Shown in pieces: positions 12,721 through 24,003 of a DNA stretch of 64,000 nt. This DNA is from Felis catus. Taxonomy: Eukaryota. A program made the translations under genes and the position numbers. The notes under the pieces were generated by a model that saw nothing but the letters and a program-made list of their open reading frames with translations, searched no databases and was not told where the DNA came from. Location of the stretch: the NCBI RefSeq assembly GCF_018350175.1, contig NC_058368.1:184390001-184454000 (forward strand), read 5' to 3'. How positions within the stretch are numbered: the first letter of the stretch is position 1; every line of letters starts with the position of its first letter.

Positions 12721-12948
12721 GGGCATCTTGGTGGCTGAGTCGGTTAAGTGTCCAACTCAGTTTCAGCTCAGGTCATGAACTTACGGTTTGTGAGTTTGAG
12801 CCCCAAGGTTTGGGAGTCTGAGACCCACATCAGGTTCCATGCTGACAGTGTAGAGCCTGCTTGGGATTCTCTCTCTTCCTCTCTCTCTGCCCTTCCCCAC
12901 TCACTCTCTGTCTCTCTCCCAAAAAAATAAATAAATACAATACAAAAT
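12721..12948 (+). mobile_element. Older Can-SINE with internal 22-bp duplication
   Basis: SINE head, (CT)n and A tail; duplicated B-box region at 12785-12828. Confidence 0.9.
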
Positions 12949-13119
12949 TTTTTGTAAAGACATGAAATTGTTAGAATCTCATCTTAAAGATCTGATGGTC
13001 AAACTGATATTTAGATTTTTAAAATGCTTATTTCCAATCAATAGGAGTAAATATTTCAAATATAAAACCAGTCACCAAGTGCCAAATGCCAACATAGGAT
13101 CAATATTTTATTGCTTTTA

Positions 13120-14445
13120 TTAAGTTTTTGTTTAAATTCCAGTTTAACATACAGTATAAAATTAGTTTCAGGTGTACAATGTAGTGATTCAATGCTTCTA
13201 TACAACACCCATGGCTCATCACAAGTGCACTCCTTAGTCCCCATCACCTGTTTAACCCTTCCTCCTACCCACGTCCCTTCTGATAACCACCTGTTCTCTA
13301 TAATTAAGAGTCTGTTTTCTTTCCTCTCTTTTTTCCCTTTTTCTCATTTGTTTTTCAAATTCCATATATGAGTGAAATCATATGATATTTGTCTTTCTCT
13401 GACTTATTTCACTTAGCTCAATACTCTCTAGTTCCTTCCACATCATTGCAAATGACAAGATTTCATTCTATTTTTATGGCTAAGTAATATTCCATTGAAT
13501 ATATAAACCCTACTTCTTCCTTATCTATTCACCAATCAATGAGCACTTGGGCTGTTTCCATAATTTGCCTATTGTAGTTAACACTGCTATAAACATCAGG
13601 TACATGTATCCCTTCAAAATAATAGTTTTGTATCCTTTGGGTGAATACCTCAGGGTGCATAGGGAAGCTCTATTTTTAACTTTTTGAGGAAGCACCGTAC
13701 TGTTTTCCAGAGTGGCTACACTCACTCTGGTGAGTTTGCATTCTCAACAACGGTGCATGAGGGTTATGCTTTCTCCACAACCTCACCAACATCTATTGTT
13801 GCTTGTTATGTTGATTTTAGCCATTCTGACAGGTGTGAGGTGATATCTCATTGTAGTTTTTATTTGCATTTCCCTGGTGATAAGTTGATGTTGAGCATCT
13901 TTTCATGCGTCTGTTCACCATCACTTCTGCCCATTTTTTAACTGGATGATTTGTATTTTAGATGTTGAGTTTGATGAGTTTTTTATAGACTTTGGATACA
14001 AACCCTTTATCAGATATGTCATTTGCAAATATCTTCTCCCATTCCATAGGTTGCCTTTAATTTTTGTTGTCTGTTTACTTTGCTGTGCAGCTAGGTTTTA
14101 TTTTGATGAAGTCCCAATAGTTTTTTATTTTGTCTCCCTGGCTTCAGGAGACCTATCTAGTAAGAGCTTGCCATGGCCAATGTCAAGTTGTCAGGTTATT
14201 GCTTGCGTTTTCTTCTAGGATTTTTATGGTTTCCTATCACCATAAAAGACCATATTGAAGACCTATCACCATATTGAAGACCACGTTTAGGTCTTCAATA
14301 CATTTTAAATTTATTATTGTGAATAGTGTAAGAAAGTGGTTCAGTTTCATTCTTCTGCATGTGGCTATCCAGTTTTCCCAGCACCATTTGTTGAAGAGAC
14401 TGTCTTTTTCCCATTGGATATTCTTTCCTATTTTTTGGTTAATTA
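13120..14445 (-). mobile_element. 5'-truncated carnivore L1 (3' UTR plus ORF2 3' part)
   Basis: Antisense L1 3' end (ttagtttcaggtgtacaa); ORF pieces [13 protein letters not shown] and KLWKQPKC. Confidence 0.9.
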
Positions 14446-15619
14446 ATTGAATGGATTTCTTTAAAAGTGTCAGTTTTATGAACCCAAATCTAATAGTTAA
14501 AATAGCCAATCTTTCTCATCAATTAGCAGATCACATAAGTAAAATATAGGATTGAATGCCTTTAATAAAGCAATTCATAAAAATGGTCAACACCTGCTTT
14601 ATAGCTTATAAAGGCTTTTTAAAATGTGATAAAAAGATAAACCTCATGGATCTGTTTATATCAGGAACCCTATAATATTTCGATAATGAATACATTTAGT
14701 TTGATTTTTAAATTTGAATTACTGAGGGCTTGCAAGACAGTAGAATCACTAAATGTAGAAGAGAGAACATGGTAGTAGAAAACAAGTGGGATTAGGAGAT
14801 GAGATCCTTGGATTCTAGGCTTACTCTTTCTCTCTGCTTGTTTGAGTGTAGGCAAGTTACTTTGCCTGTTTCTTCATTTCTTCATTTGTAAAATGAGAGA
14901 TGTGTATCATATCCTTCTAAGTTTACTTCCCATTTGTGACTGAAATGAAAGTGTACAAAATATTATGATACTGTTATTAGCCAGAGCACATAGCTAAAGC
15001 TTCTCTCATCACCTACCAAGACCTGTCTTCCAAATATGTTATTCCAAAGTTTCCTCCAAGAGGTAGGAAATTCTAATCATCTTAAAGAATAATCTGTGGA
15101 AAGATGTTGAGAAATACATTTAAGTTTTCTTATATATTGCAGGACTTGTCTTTTCATAGATACTTTGTTAAAACACAAGATGCTGCAACTCTTGCTACAT
15201 AATTCTATTTTTATCAAGTAACATCATCAAGTATAAGCCAATTAATGAAAGCTTTTACTAATACATTCAGTACTAAACTTCAAGCAGGCATCTTTCAAGT
15301 GCTCTGTCAAGTTCAAAATAAAAAAAATTTAGATATCAGGTATGCTGTCAATGGGTTTTTAGGCATGTATCACAACATCAAACTAGCAAAGCCAAAATCT
15401 ATGTCACCCTCTATATTAGTATTTTCTTATTGATTGGCACCTATAGCTCACTACAGATATTTTAGATACCCTACTTTGGGAAACAAAATATATGCATTAA
15501 TATTTTAAATGCAAATATATGCTTGCATTATTTAAATTTTAGTCAACTCCACTATTTAAGAAACAGAAATAAATGAATGAGTAAGCAAGTGAGTGACTGA
15601 ACAGATATAAAATTGCAAG

Positions 15620-15810
15620 CTGGGACAATGCTAGGTATGTTACATGCATTATTTCATTTGATCTTCACAAGACTCAAAAGGTGCCTATAATTACTATCAT
15701 TCTCAGTAAAATCAGACTTAAATAAAGATAAGTAATTTGCTCGCAAAGTAGGGAAGAAGAAAACTGAGTCCATGAAGCCCATCTTCAGAGCCTACACACT
15801 TAACTACTAA
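15620..15810 (-). mobile_element. MIR remnant
   Basis: tacatgcattatttcatttgatcttcacaa...aagtaatttgc, MIR antisense core. Confidence 0.65.
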
Positions 15811-15924
15811 GCTGCTATGTCCACATCAAAAGATTGTGGTCAGCATTCCATTACATAGCATTTGTGACATGGTTAGTACAGTGTGTGGCACTTGACTAGA
15901 CCATAATATGAAACAAAAGAGGTA

Positions 15925-16150
15925 GCAGTGAAGAGTATGGATTCAGGGGCAAGAGTGCAGGATTCAAATCCTACCTCTGCCATTTACTAGTTGTGAGACC
16001 ATGGGTAAATCACTTAAACTCTTTATGTCCTAATATGGAAATATGTAAAATGGTAAATAACAGAAGTCCCCATTTCATATGGTTGTTGTGAGGATCAAAT
16101 GAATCAATACATGGAAAGCCCCAAAACAATGACTAGCCCATAGGAAGAAC
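15925..16150 (+). mobile_element. MIR
   Basis: ttcaaatcctacctctgccatttactagttgtgagaccatgggtaaatcacttaa...tgtaaaatgg...gttgtgaggatcaaatga. Confidence 0.85.
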
Positions 16151-16464
16151 TGTAATTATTATAATTGTAAATGTAAGCTAGTATCATTTCCACATTTAAA
16201 AATAACAAAGCATATTTTGTATAGCATTCCAGAGATGACAAAGAATCTACTCAGAGAATCTTCTTTGCTCCTCACTTTATTATAAGCATTATTTCCATTT
16301 TCCTGATGGAGTTTAAGAATCATAAACATAAAGTAATTTTTCAGTCACATGGGTAAGGAGTAACTCAAACTCAGGACTTTATATTCCAAATTTATTTACT
16401 ACAGTATGTGTCTTATTATTTTGGCCAAGAATCAAAACCAGGTTGCTCCCAAGGGAGATGAGAA

Positions 16465-16503
<39 letters not shown>
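16465..16503. repeat. (GAT)n microsatellite at the tail position of the adjacent L1
   Basis: About 13 GAT units directly abutting the L1 3' end. Confidence 0.95.
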
Positions 16504-16506
<3 letters not shown>

Positions 16507-17409
16507 GTAATTGACATATAACTGACATACAATATCCCATTGGTTTCAGGTGTACATCATAGTGATTTGATATTTCTATACATCATTAAAAGACCCCCAT
16601 ACAAAGTTAATTATGATTTTATTGACTATATTCCCTATGCTGTTCATTACATCTCCCGTGACTTATTTATTTTATAACTGGAAGTTTGTGTCTCTTAATC
16701 CCCTTCACCTGTTCTGCCTGGCACCCAGTTCCTCCCCTCTCTGATAGCCAAGTTTGTTTCCTGTATCTATGAGTCTGTTTCTTTTTTGTTTTGTTTGTTC
16801 ATTAGTTTTGTTTTTTGGATTCCATGTGTAAGTGAAATGATATGAAACTTGTCTTTCTCTGTCTGACTTATTTCACTTCACACAGCACCCTCTAGGTCCA
16901 TCCATGTTCTCATAAACGGCAAGATTTCATTTTTTATGGCTATGTAATATTTCATTTCATATATACCATATCTTCTATATCCATTCATCTATTCATGGAC
17001 ACAGGCTGATTCCATAACTTGATTATTGTAAATAATGCTGCAATAAACAGAGAGGAGCATATATCTCTTCAAAATGCTGTTTTCACTTTCTTCAGATAAA
17101 TACTCAGAAGTGGAATTACTGGATCATATGGTAGTCTATTTTTAATTTTTTGAGAACTGTCCATATGTTTTCCATAGTGACTGCACAAATTTACTTTCTC
17201 ATCAACAGAATACCTAAGTTGACTTATCTCCACATACGCACCAACACTTGTCTTTTTGATAATAAACATTCTGACAGGTATAACGAGATATCACATTGTG
17301 GTTTTTATTTACATTTTCCTGATGATTAGTGAACTTGAACATGTGTCTGTTAGCCATCTGTATGTCTTCTTTTGAAAAATGTCTATTAGCTCCCTCTCTC
17401 TCTCTCTAT

Positions 17410-17441
<32 letters not shown>

Positions 17442-18425
17442 GTAATATATATACATATATATATAATCCGTATATATATATGGAATCAAAAAAACAAAAC
17501 AAATGAACAAAGAAAAAAAACAGAAACAGACTCATAGGTACAGGAAGCAAACTTGGTTTGTTATATATATACTAAACATAATATATAATATTATTAATTA
17601 TATATATGTGTATATATACACACACTATGGATGTATGACTTGCTAATATTATCTCCCATCCACTAGGTTGCTATTTTGTTTTGTTAATGCTTTCTTTTGT
17701 TTTGCAAAAGCAATTTAACTTGATGTAATCCTATTTGTTTATTTTAACTTTTGTTGCCCTTCCTGAGAAGACTGGTCCAAAAAATATTGTGAAGACTGAT
17801 GTCCAAGAGTTATTGCCTGTGTTTTCTTCTAGGAGTTTTATGGTATTAGGTCTTACATTCAAGTGTTCAACCCATTTTGAATTTATTTTGTGCATGGTAT
17901 AACATAGTAGTCCAGTTCCATTCTTTTGCATGGAGCTGTCCAACTCTCCCAACATCATTTATTGAAGAGACCATCTTTTCCCCTTGGTATATTCTTGCCT
18001 CTTCTGTCATAGATTAATTGGCCATATGTGCATGGATTTATTTCTGAGCTCTCTATTCTATTATATTGATGTATATGTCTGTTTTCATGTCAGCATCCTA
18101 ATACTGTTCTGGTTACTACAGCTTTATAGTATAGTTTGAAATCAGGGAGCATGATACCTCCAGCTTGGTTCTTCTTTCTTATGATTGCTTTGGCTATTCA
18201 GGACTTTTGGATTTTTTGTTGCTTTTTTTGTGACGGGAGGAGGTTGTGGTTCCATATAGATTAAAGACAACACAAATAAATGGGAAGATATTATGTGCTC
18301 ATTGATTTTAAGAATTAACAGTTAAAATGTCTATATTACCCAAAGCAATCTACATATTCAGTGCAATCCTCATCAAAATATCAGTGGCGTTTTTCACAGA
18401 ACTAGAACAAAACATCCTAAAATTC
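16504..18425 (-). mobile_element. Older L1 (L1MA/L1_Carn-type) with twin-priming 5' inversion (18259-18425 on +)
   Basis: Antisense 3' UTR/ORF2 to about 18258, then a sense segment ending atcctaaaattc that directly precedes the breakpoint in ORF2; TSD AAGGGAGATGAGA (16451-16463) / AAGGGAGGTGATA (18428-18440). Confidence 0.88.
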
Positions 18426-18594
18426 AAAAGGGAGGTGATAATTTAACTACCAATTCTTATTTCTAAACACCTTTGGAAAGAAATATGGGTAGCATCTTGA
18501 TATAAACACATAAATTAACAAATCAATCAATCTACTGAATTAAATTGACAATTTTACTTCTCTTCTAGAAGTCAGAGTGCTTAGAAGAGTAAAG

Positions 18595-18955
18595 TAGGTG
18601 TAAGCAAACTATAGCCTGTGGGACAAATGTAGTCAGCTAAATGGTTTTGTAAGGCCCATGAGCTGAGAGTAGTTTCCACATTTTAAATGGTGAAAAAAAA
18701 ATCAAAAGAAGAATATATTGTGCTATGTAAATATTACTAGAAATTCAAAATTCATGATCCATAAATAAAATTTTATTGGAAGACAGCCTTGTCCATTAGT
18801 TTGCATACTAACTATAGCTATTTTTTATGGCTACGTTGTATGGCTACTTTTCACTACAACAGAGTTGAGTTTCTGTGGCAGAGACTATAATGGCCCACAA
18901 AGTCTAAAAGATTTACCATCTAATTTTTTATAGAAAAAAAATTTTACTGCTTTTC
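18595..18955 (+). mobile_element. MER58B-like hAT-Charlie DNA transposon
   Basis: gcaaactatagcctgtgggacaaat...aaaatcaaaagaagaata...ccataaataaaattttattggaa...agagttgagt...ggcccacaaagtctaaaa matches the recalled MER58B layout. Confidence 0.85.
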
Positions 18956-19220
18956 TTGCTTCTGCATCTTAGTGGTACTGGACTGTCCAGAAGAAACTAT
19001 TTAATGAAAATGACACTAAAATAAATTCCTTTTGATCCCCTCATACACCCAGAAAGTTTTCTATAGTAATGGTTGTCTGTGCTATGCTATCCTAGGTCTC
19101 TGAATAAGAGTACTTGCAGTTACTGGAATACAACACTAAAATATTCACCTTTTGATTACAAAATGTATACCTTTTGATTCACATTTTTACACCATACCTG
19201 TTTTTAAGAAGTTTTAATAT

Positions 19221-19410
19221 GAGGGACGCCTGGGAGGCTCAGTCAGTTGAATGTCTGACTCTTGATTTCAGCTCAGGTGACGATCCCAGGGTCATGGGAT
19301 CGAGCCCCACACTGGGTTTCATGCTGAGTATGGAGGCTGCTTAAGATTCTCTCTCTCTCTCTTCTGACCCTCTCCTGACTTATGCTCTCTCTCTTTAAAA
19401 TAAAAAAAAA
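19221..19410 (+). mobile_element. Older Can-SINE
   Basis: SINE head, (CT)n, A tail. Confidence 0.92.
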
Positions 19411-19758
19411 ATTAAGTAATTCTTTTATGAAAGCTTGACAAGTCAACTTATGGTGTTCTTTCACAGAGAAGAGTAAAGGTGATGACTTGGGTTCACACCT
19501 AAGCTGAAAACTGAAGATCCCCAGGCTGCCATATGGCTAGCATGCATACTGAACATGGTATCTCGAAATGGAGGAAAGGGCTGGTGTATTCTAGACAAAG
19601 GATAGCATAATAACCCTAGGCTCATAGTGGAGAATCAGCTGACTTTCTATTTGGTGTCTAAGAAGACTGATGATGACCAAATGTTCAGAACCCTGGGACT
19701 GATAAATGATTAGATATGGTACCAGCTCAGACAATGGTGTTCTGTGGTTTAGCATTTC

Positions 19759-19974
19759 CTTTTTTTTTTTTTTTTTAACGTTTATTCATTCCTAAGACAG
19801 AGACAGAGCATGAATGGGGGAAGGTCAGAGAGAGAGGGAGACACAGAATCTGAAACAGGCTTCAGGCTCTGAGCTGTCAGCACAGAGCCCGAGGCGGGGC
19901 TCGAACTCACATACCGCGAGATCATGACCTGGCCGAAGTCGGACGCCCAACCGACTGAGCCACCCAGGCGCCCC
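19759..19974 (-). mobile_element. Felid Can-SINE
   Basis: Antisense SINE; perfect TSD TGTGGTTTAGCATTTC at 19743-19758 and 19975-19990. Confidence 0.96.
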
Positions 19975-20237
19975 TGTGGTTTAGCATTTCTAATGACCTT
20001 TTGAAACTATAAGCTCAACATTACTTTTTAATGAATTTCCTTCTTCCTATTTCCGGAGCCCTCAGCAATCCTTGGTTACACTTGGGTAACTCATAATTAG
20101 TTCTGCAATACAAACATAGATTACAATTTTTAAAAAGAGAGAGTAAAAACAAATATGCTTTCAATCACAGCTGAGGGGGACAAAAGGAATTGTAACAAAA
20201 CGTATTGGTATTGCAAAGTGCCTAGTTTTATTACTCA

Positions 20238-20283
20238 TTCTATCTATCTATCTATCTTTCTATCATCATCATCTATCTATCTA
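20238..20283. repeat. (TCTA)n / (TCA)n compound microsatellite
   Basis: Seen directly. Confidence 0.85.
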
Positions 20284-20509
20284 CTTACTTATTTTAAGAT
20301 TCTAGGTCCTTTAACCCAGGTTTGTTCTCTCAATGACATTCTGTTTTCTAAGTTTCGAAAAAGTAATTTTAAAACTATTCTTTAATGTTTACGGCAGTTT
20401 GCTTAAGTAAGCCTCTCTGGTCACTAAATTTGATCTTCAAGTGAACAGTATAGTGATTGCTACATGGCACACCTAAGAATCATAGAATTGAGTATCCATG
20501 AGCATCATG

Positions 20510-20725
20510 GTAGAACTGTATGGGGTTAAAATTATGGGATGTTGGGTCTGGTAAGTCCTGGTTTGAAGCCTGTTCCTGTTAGTAACTTGGAAACTCAAGT
20601 AGTTTATTTCAATTCTCTAAGCCTTGGTTTCAAAGAACTTGTTCTCATAGAATTATGGTTGGATGAAATCTAGTAATTCATGTAAAGTGCCCAACACAGA
20701 AAGTGCTCATTAAATATACTTATTA
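20510..20725 (+). mobile_element. MIR remnant
   Basis: cctggtttgaagcctg...ctctaagccttggttt...catgtaaagtgcccaacacagaaagtgctcattaaat. Confidence 0.65.
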
Positions 20726-21041
20726 TTACTCTATTATAACACAATCTGGCAATCGTGTACCCTACTGAGCCAATGCACAATGCTAAATGCATGAGTGTTC
20801 AATAGTGTCACTGAAGGCCTTTTGGCTGTGCAGTTTCCACCTGAACTCAATAGGTACCCTCAAAGATGCCCATTTTTGTTTCATATGCTCAAACTACCAT
20901 TATTTTTATATTGGTCTTAAATCATTAAGTGTCCCATTCTGCTTCCTAGAACTATACAAAATTAACCTACTCTATGATCATCCACATAAGTTTTCTCTTC
21001 CTCAAACCCAGTTATCTAAACAACTTCTCGTATTTTATCAA

Positions 21042-21378
21042 TAGTTCTTAGCTCTAGCTGCACATAAAACTCATATGGAACTTTTAAAAAATCCTGATGC
21101 ATAAAAAACTCACCAGAAAAATTAAATCAGAATCTCTGATTCTGGAGATTCTCTCTGGAGTTGAGACCAAAGCATTCTTATTTTAAAAAGCTCCCCAGAT
21201 GGATTCAGCACTGCAGTTGTTGTGATGAGCTGCGGATGTTGCATGGAAGTATTGAATCACTATATTGTACACCTGAAACTAATATTACACTGTATTATAA
21301 CTAACTGGAATTTAAATAACAACTTAAAAAAATCTCCCCAGGCAATTTTAAATGTACAGCCACAGTGGAAAACCACTG
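21042..21378. mobile_element. MER5B-like hAT element interrupted by an L1 3' end
   Basis: Terminal inverted arms (gctgcacat.../...atgtacagcc...aaccactg) and aaaagctccccag core. Confidence 0.75.
21199..21327 (+). mobile_element. Very short L1 3'-end insertion (about 130 bp)
   Basis: L1 3' UTR terminus; TSD AAAAAGCTCCCCAG (21185-21198) / AAAAATCTCCCCAG (21328-21341). Confidence 0.9.
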
Positions 21379-21560
21379 TATATATTTTCAAATTATTTCA
21401 TTATGATGATTACTTTCTTAAATAACTTCAGTTTCGAACAACACTGCCTGAATTATTGCTCTCAGATAAACATTATGCTCTTGATGGCCTGAGCTGGATT
21501 ACTATCACCTCCCCTTTTTCAGTGCAAGAAGACTTTCACCTTATTTAAGCAAATGCAGCC

Positions 21561-21718
21561 CAATGCTTCTCAGACATTACTGTGTATAAGAGTAACTTGA
21601 GGAATTTGTTAAACTAGAGATCATGATTCAGAATCTCTGGGGTGGCACCCAAGGGCTTCCAGGAAGCCCTTTCGTAATGCTGACATTGCTGGTTCAAGGA
21701 TTATATTTTGAGTAGTAG
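21561..21718. mobile_element. MER5A1-like hAT element
   Basis: tgcttctca...tgattcagaatctctggggtgg...gctggttcaaggattatattttgagtag. Confidence 0.6.
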
Positions 21719-22036
21719 ATGTCTACCTGATAACAGAATCACATTAAAGTGACATGCCAGTACTGAGAGAGAATGAATACAAATACTAAGTCACATCGTA
21801 TGTCATTAAATTAATTATTTTATAATATGTATGTATTTGGTGAGTTTGTAAATTGGTTTGCAAGCCACCTGTCTCAAATATTGGCTATTTTCTCAGATGT
21901 TCTTCTTGGTGCCTAGTTTGGAAATGAACATCCATTTGTCTTTGTGGCAGCTGCGATGGTGAATTCAGCTAGTTGGAGGAATTCATAGAAATATTAATTT
22001 TGTACTTTTTATTTTCTAAAAATAATTCTAAACATT

Positions 22037-22248
22037 TATTTTTAATGTTTATTTCTTTTGAGAAAGAGAGAGAGAGACAGAGCACTAGCAGATGAGGGAC
22101 AGAGAGAGACACACACACAGAATCCGAAGCAGGCCCCAGGATTTGAGCTGTCAGCACAGAACCTGACATGGAGCTAGAACCCACAAATGATGAGAGCATG
22201 ACCTGAACCAAAGTCAGACACTTAACCAACTGAGCCACCCAGACACCC
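22037..22248 (-). mobile_element. Can-SINE
   Basis: Antisense SINE; TSD AATTCTAAA(A)CATTTA on both sides. Confidence 0.94.
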
Positions 22249-22315
22249 AAATTCTAAAACATTTAGAAAATCAACATCCTCCCAAGGATTATGTATTTTC
22301 TTAATAATGTCTCTT

Positions 22316-22504
22316 GGGGTGTATGGGTGGCTCAGTCAGTTGAGCATCCACCTCTTGATTATGGCTCAGGTCATGATCTCCTGGTTCATGGGATCAAGCC
22401 CCACATTGGGCTCTGTGCTGACAGCATGGAGCCTGCTTGGAATTCTCTCTCTCTCGCTCTCTCCCTCTCTCTGTTCCTCCCCTGCTCATACTCCTTCAAA
22501 ATAA

Positions 22505-22536
<32 letters not shown>

Positions 22537-22538
22537 AA
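22316..22538 (+). mobile_element. Can-SINE with (TAGA)n tail
   Basis: SINE body; tail converted to a tetranucleotide repeat; TSD AATGTCTCTT. Confidence 0.93.
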
Positions 22539-22689
22539 AATGTCTCTTATTACACTCAGTGTCTTCAATATGACGGACATAAAGAAGATGCTAAATGAAT
22601 ACTGGCTATTTAATGAATTGATGTGACATACTGGACAATAAAACATGCTTTTTATGTCCATAGAGTAACTAAGAAGAGAGAGAGACTAT

Positions 22690-22691
<2 letters not shown>

Positions 22692-22733
<42 letters not shown>
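22692..22733. repeat. Pure poly(A) run, 42 nt
   Basis: Seen directly. Confidence 0.95.
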
Positions 22734-22738
<5 letters not shown>

Positions 22739-23757
22739 TGCATGGTATAAACAGTGAATGTAATTTGGCCAATAAATGGGAAAAATGAGTTGAAAAAAAG
22801 GCTTTGAAAAAAGTGATAATCTGTAAAAATGTAGAGAAAGAGGGCAGGGAAAAGACATTTCAACCTTCAGTGTGTATAGTTTTACATCCAGAATCAACAT
22901 CATGCTTGACTTAGGATATCTAATGAGACTGCAGACCTAAATGGTGTACTTGTAGGACCTTCTGTCACATAATGTCAGGGGTAATATATTAAGCCAAGGA
23001 ACATGTGAGTTATATTACAACTGTAAGGGAATAAAAATTAAAACCCCTTCATGTGGAAATAGACATAATCATGCTACATTTCCCTGTAGAAGAACATACA
23101 GTGGCAATTTTTCTTCATATAATATTACATTAGTTTTAATTCTTATTAATAAGATACAAGAGTCATTAACACTATTAAAAATCTAATTATGTTAGCAATT
23201 TTCCATCATGTCATATTTGAGCAGTTAAGTATTGGTATTTGTTTTTCCTAATGGGATTCAAAAGTCTAATTAATAGGCTTTCTTTTGTGGTTAAGTGGAA
23301 TGAATCTCTATGAGAAGCAAGCCATTTTTAATATCCAAAGGCAGCTTATTTTCTCATATAGCATACTACCAAGTCATCTGCCCATCTGTGGTATAAATAA
23401 CTAGACGCAAATTATGAGATTATGTACGAAATTGAGCAATGCTTTTCATTATATGTGATGTTACAGCTATTCTGTTCTAAAAATGTCACTGTTTAGTGCA
23501 CAAGAAGTATAGAAAAAGAGTATGTAGTAGATTATTACTTAAGGAAACTTATGGAAACTGAAGATGGCATGTCAGATGAGCCAGATATTTTTTTCTGCTT
23601 GAGCTGGTATTATTTGGGGGCAGTACACATCCAAATAACTAACAGTCAAAAGTTGTGTTTCTTAACTCCAATCTTGCTTATTTAACCTAAAGTTAATGTC
23701 TTAATGAGAAACATTTGTGTGTTAACTATGGCTCTTTATTACTTGGTAGTCTGCTAG

Positions 23758-24003
23758 TGTGTATATAGTATATGATATAATATGATTAATATCCTATGTA
23801 ATATATAGTATAAATAATATATAACATGCTAATATATATATTACATATAGTATATATATAATATCACATAGGCAATATACATACAGTATATACAGCATAT
23901 ATATGATGCAATAATATATAATTATATGTGATATAATATATAATTTGGTATACTTATAATCTCTCTTTCTCCATATATGTATATGTATGTATGTATAGAT
24001 ATA
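23758..24003. repeat. Degenerate (TA)-rich low-complexity tract
   Basis: Seen directly; abuts the Tigger left end, whose target site is TA. Confidence 0.9.
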
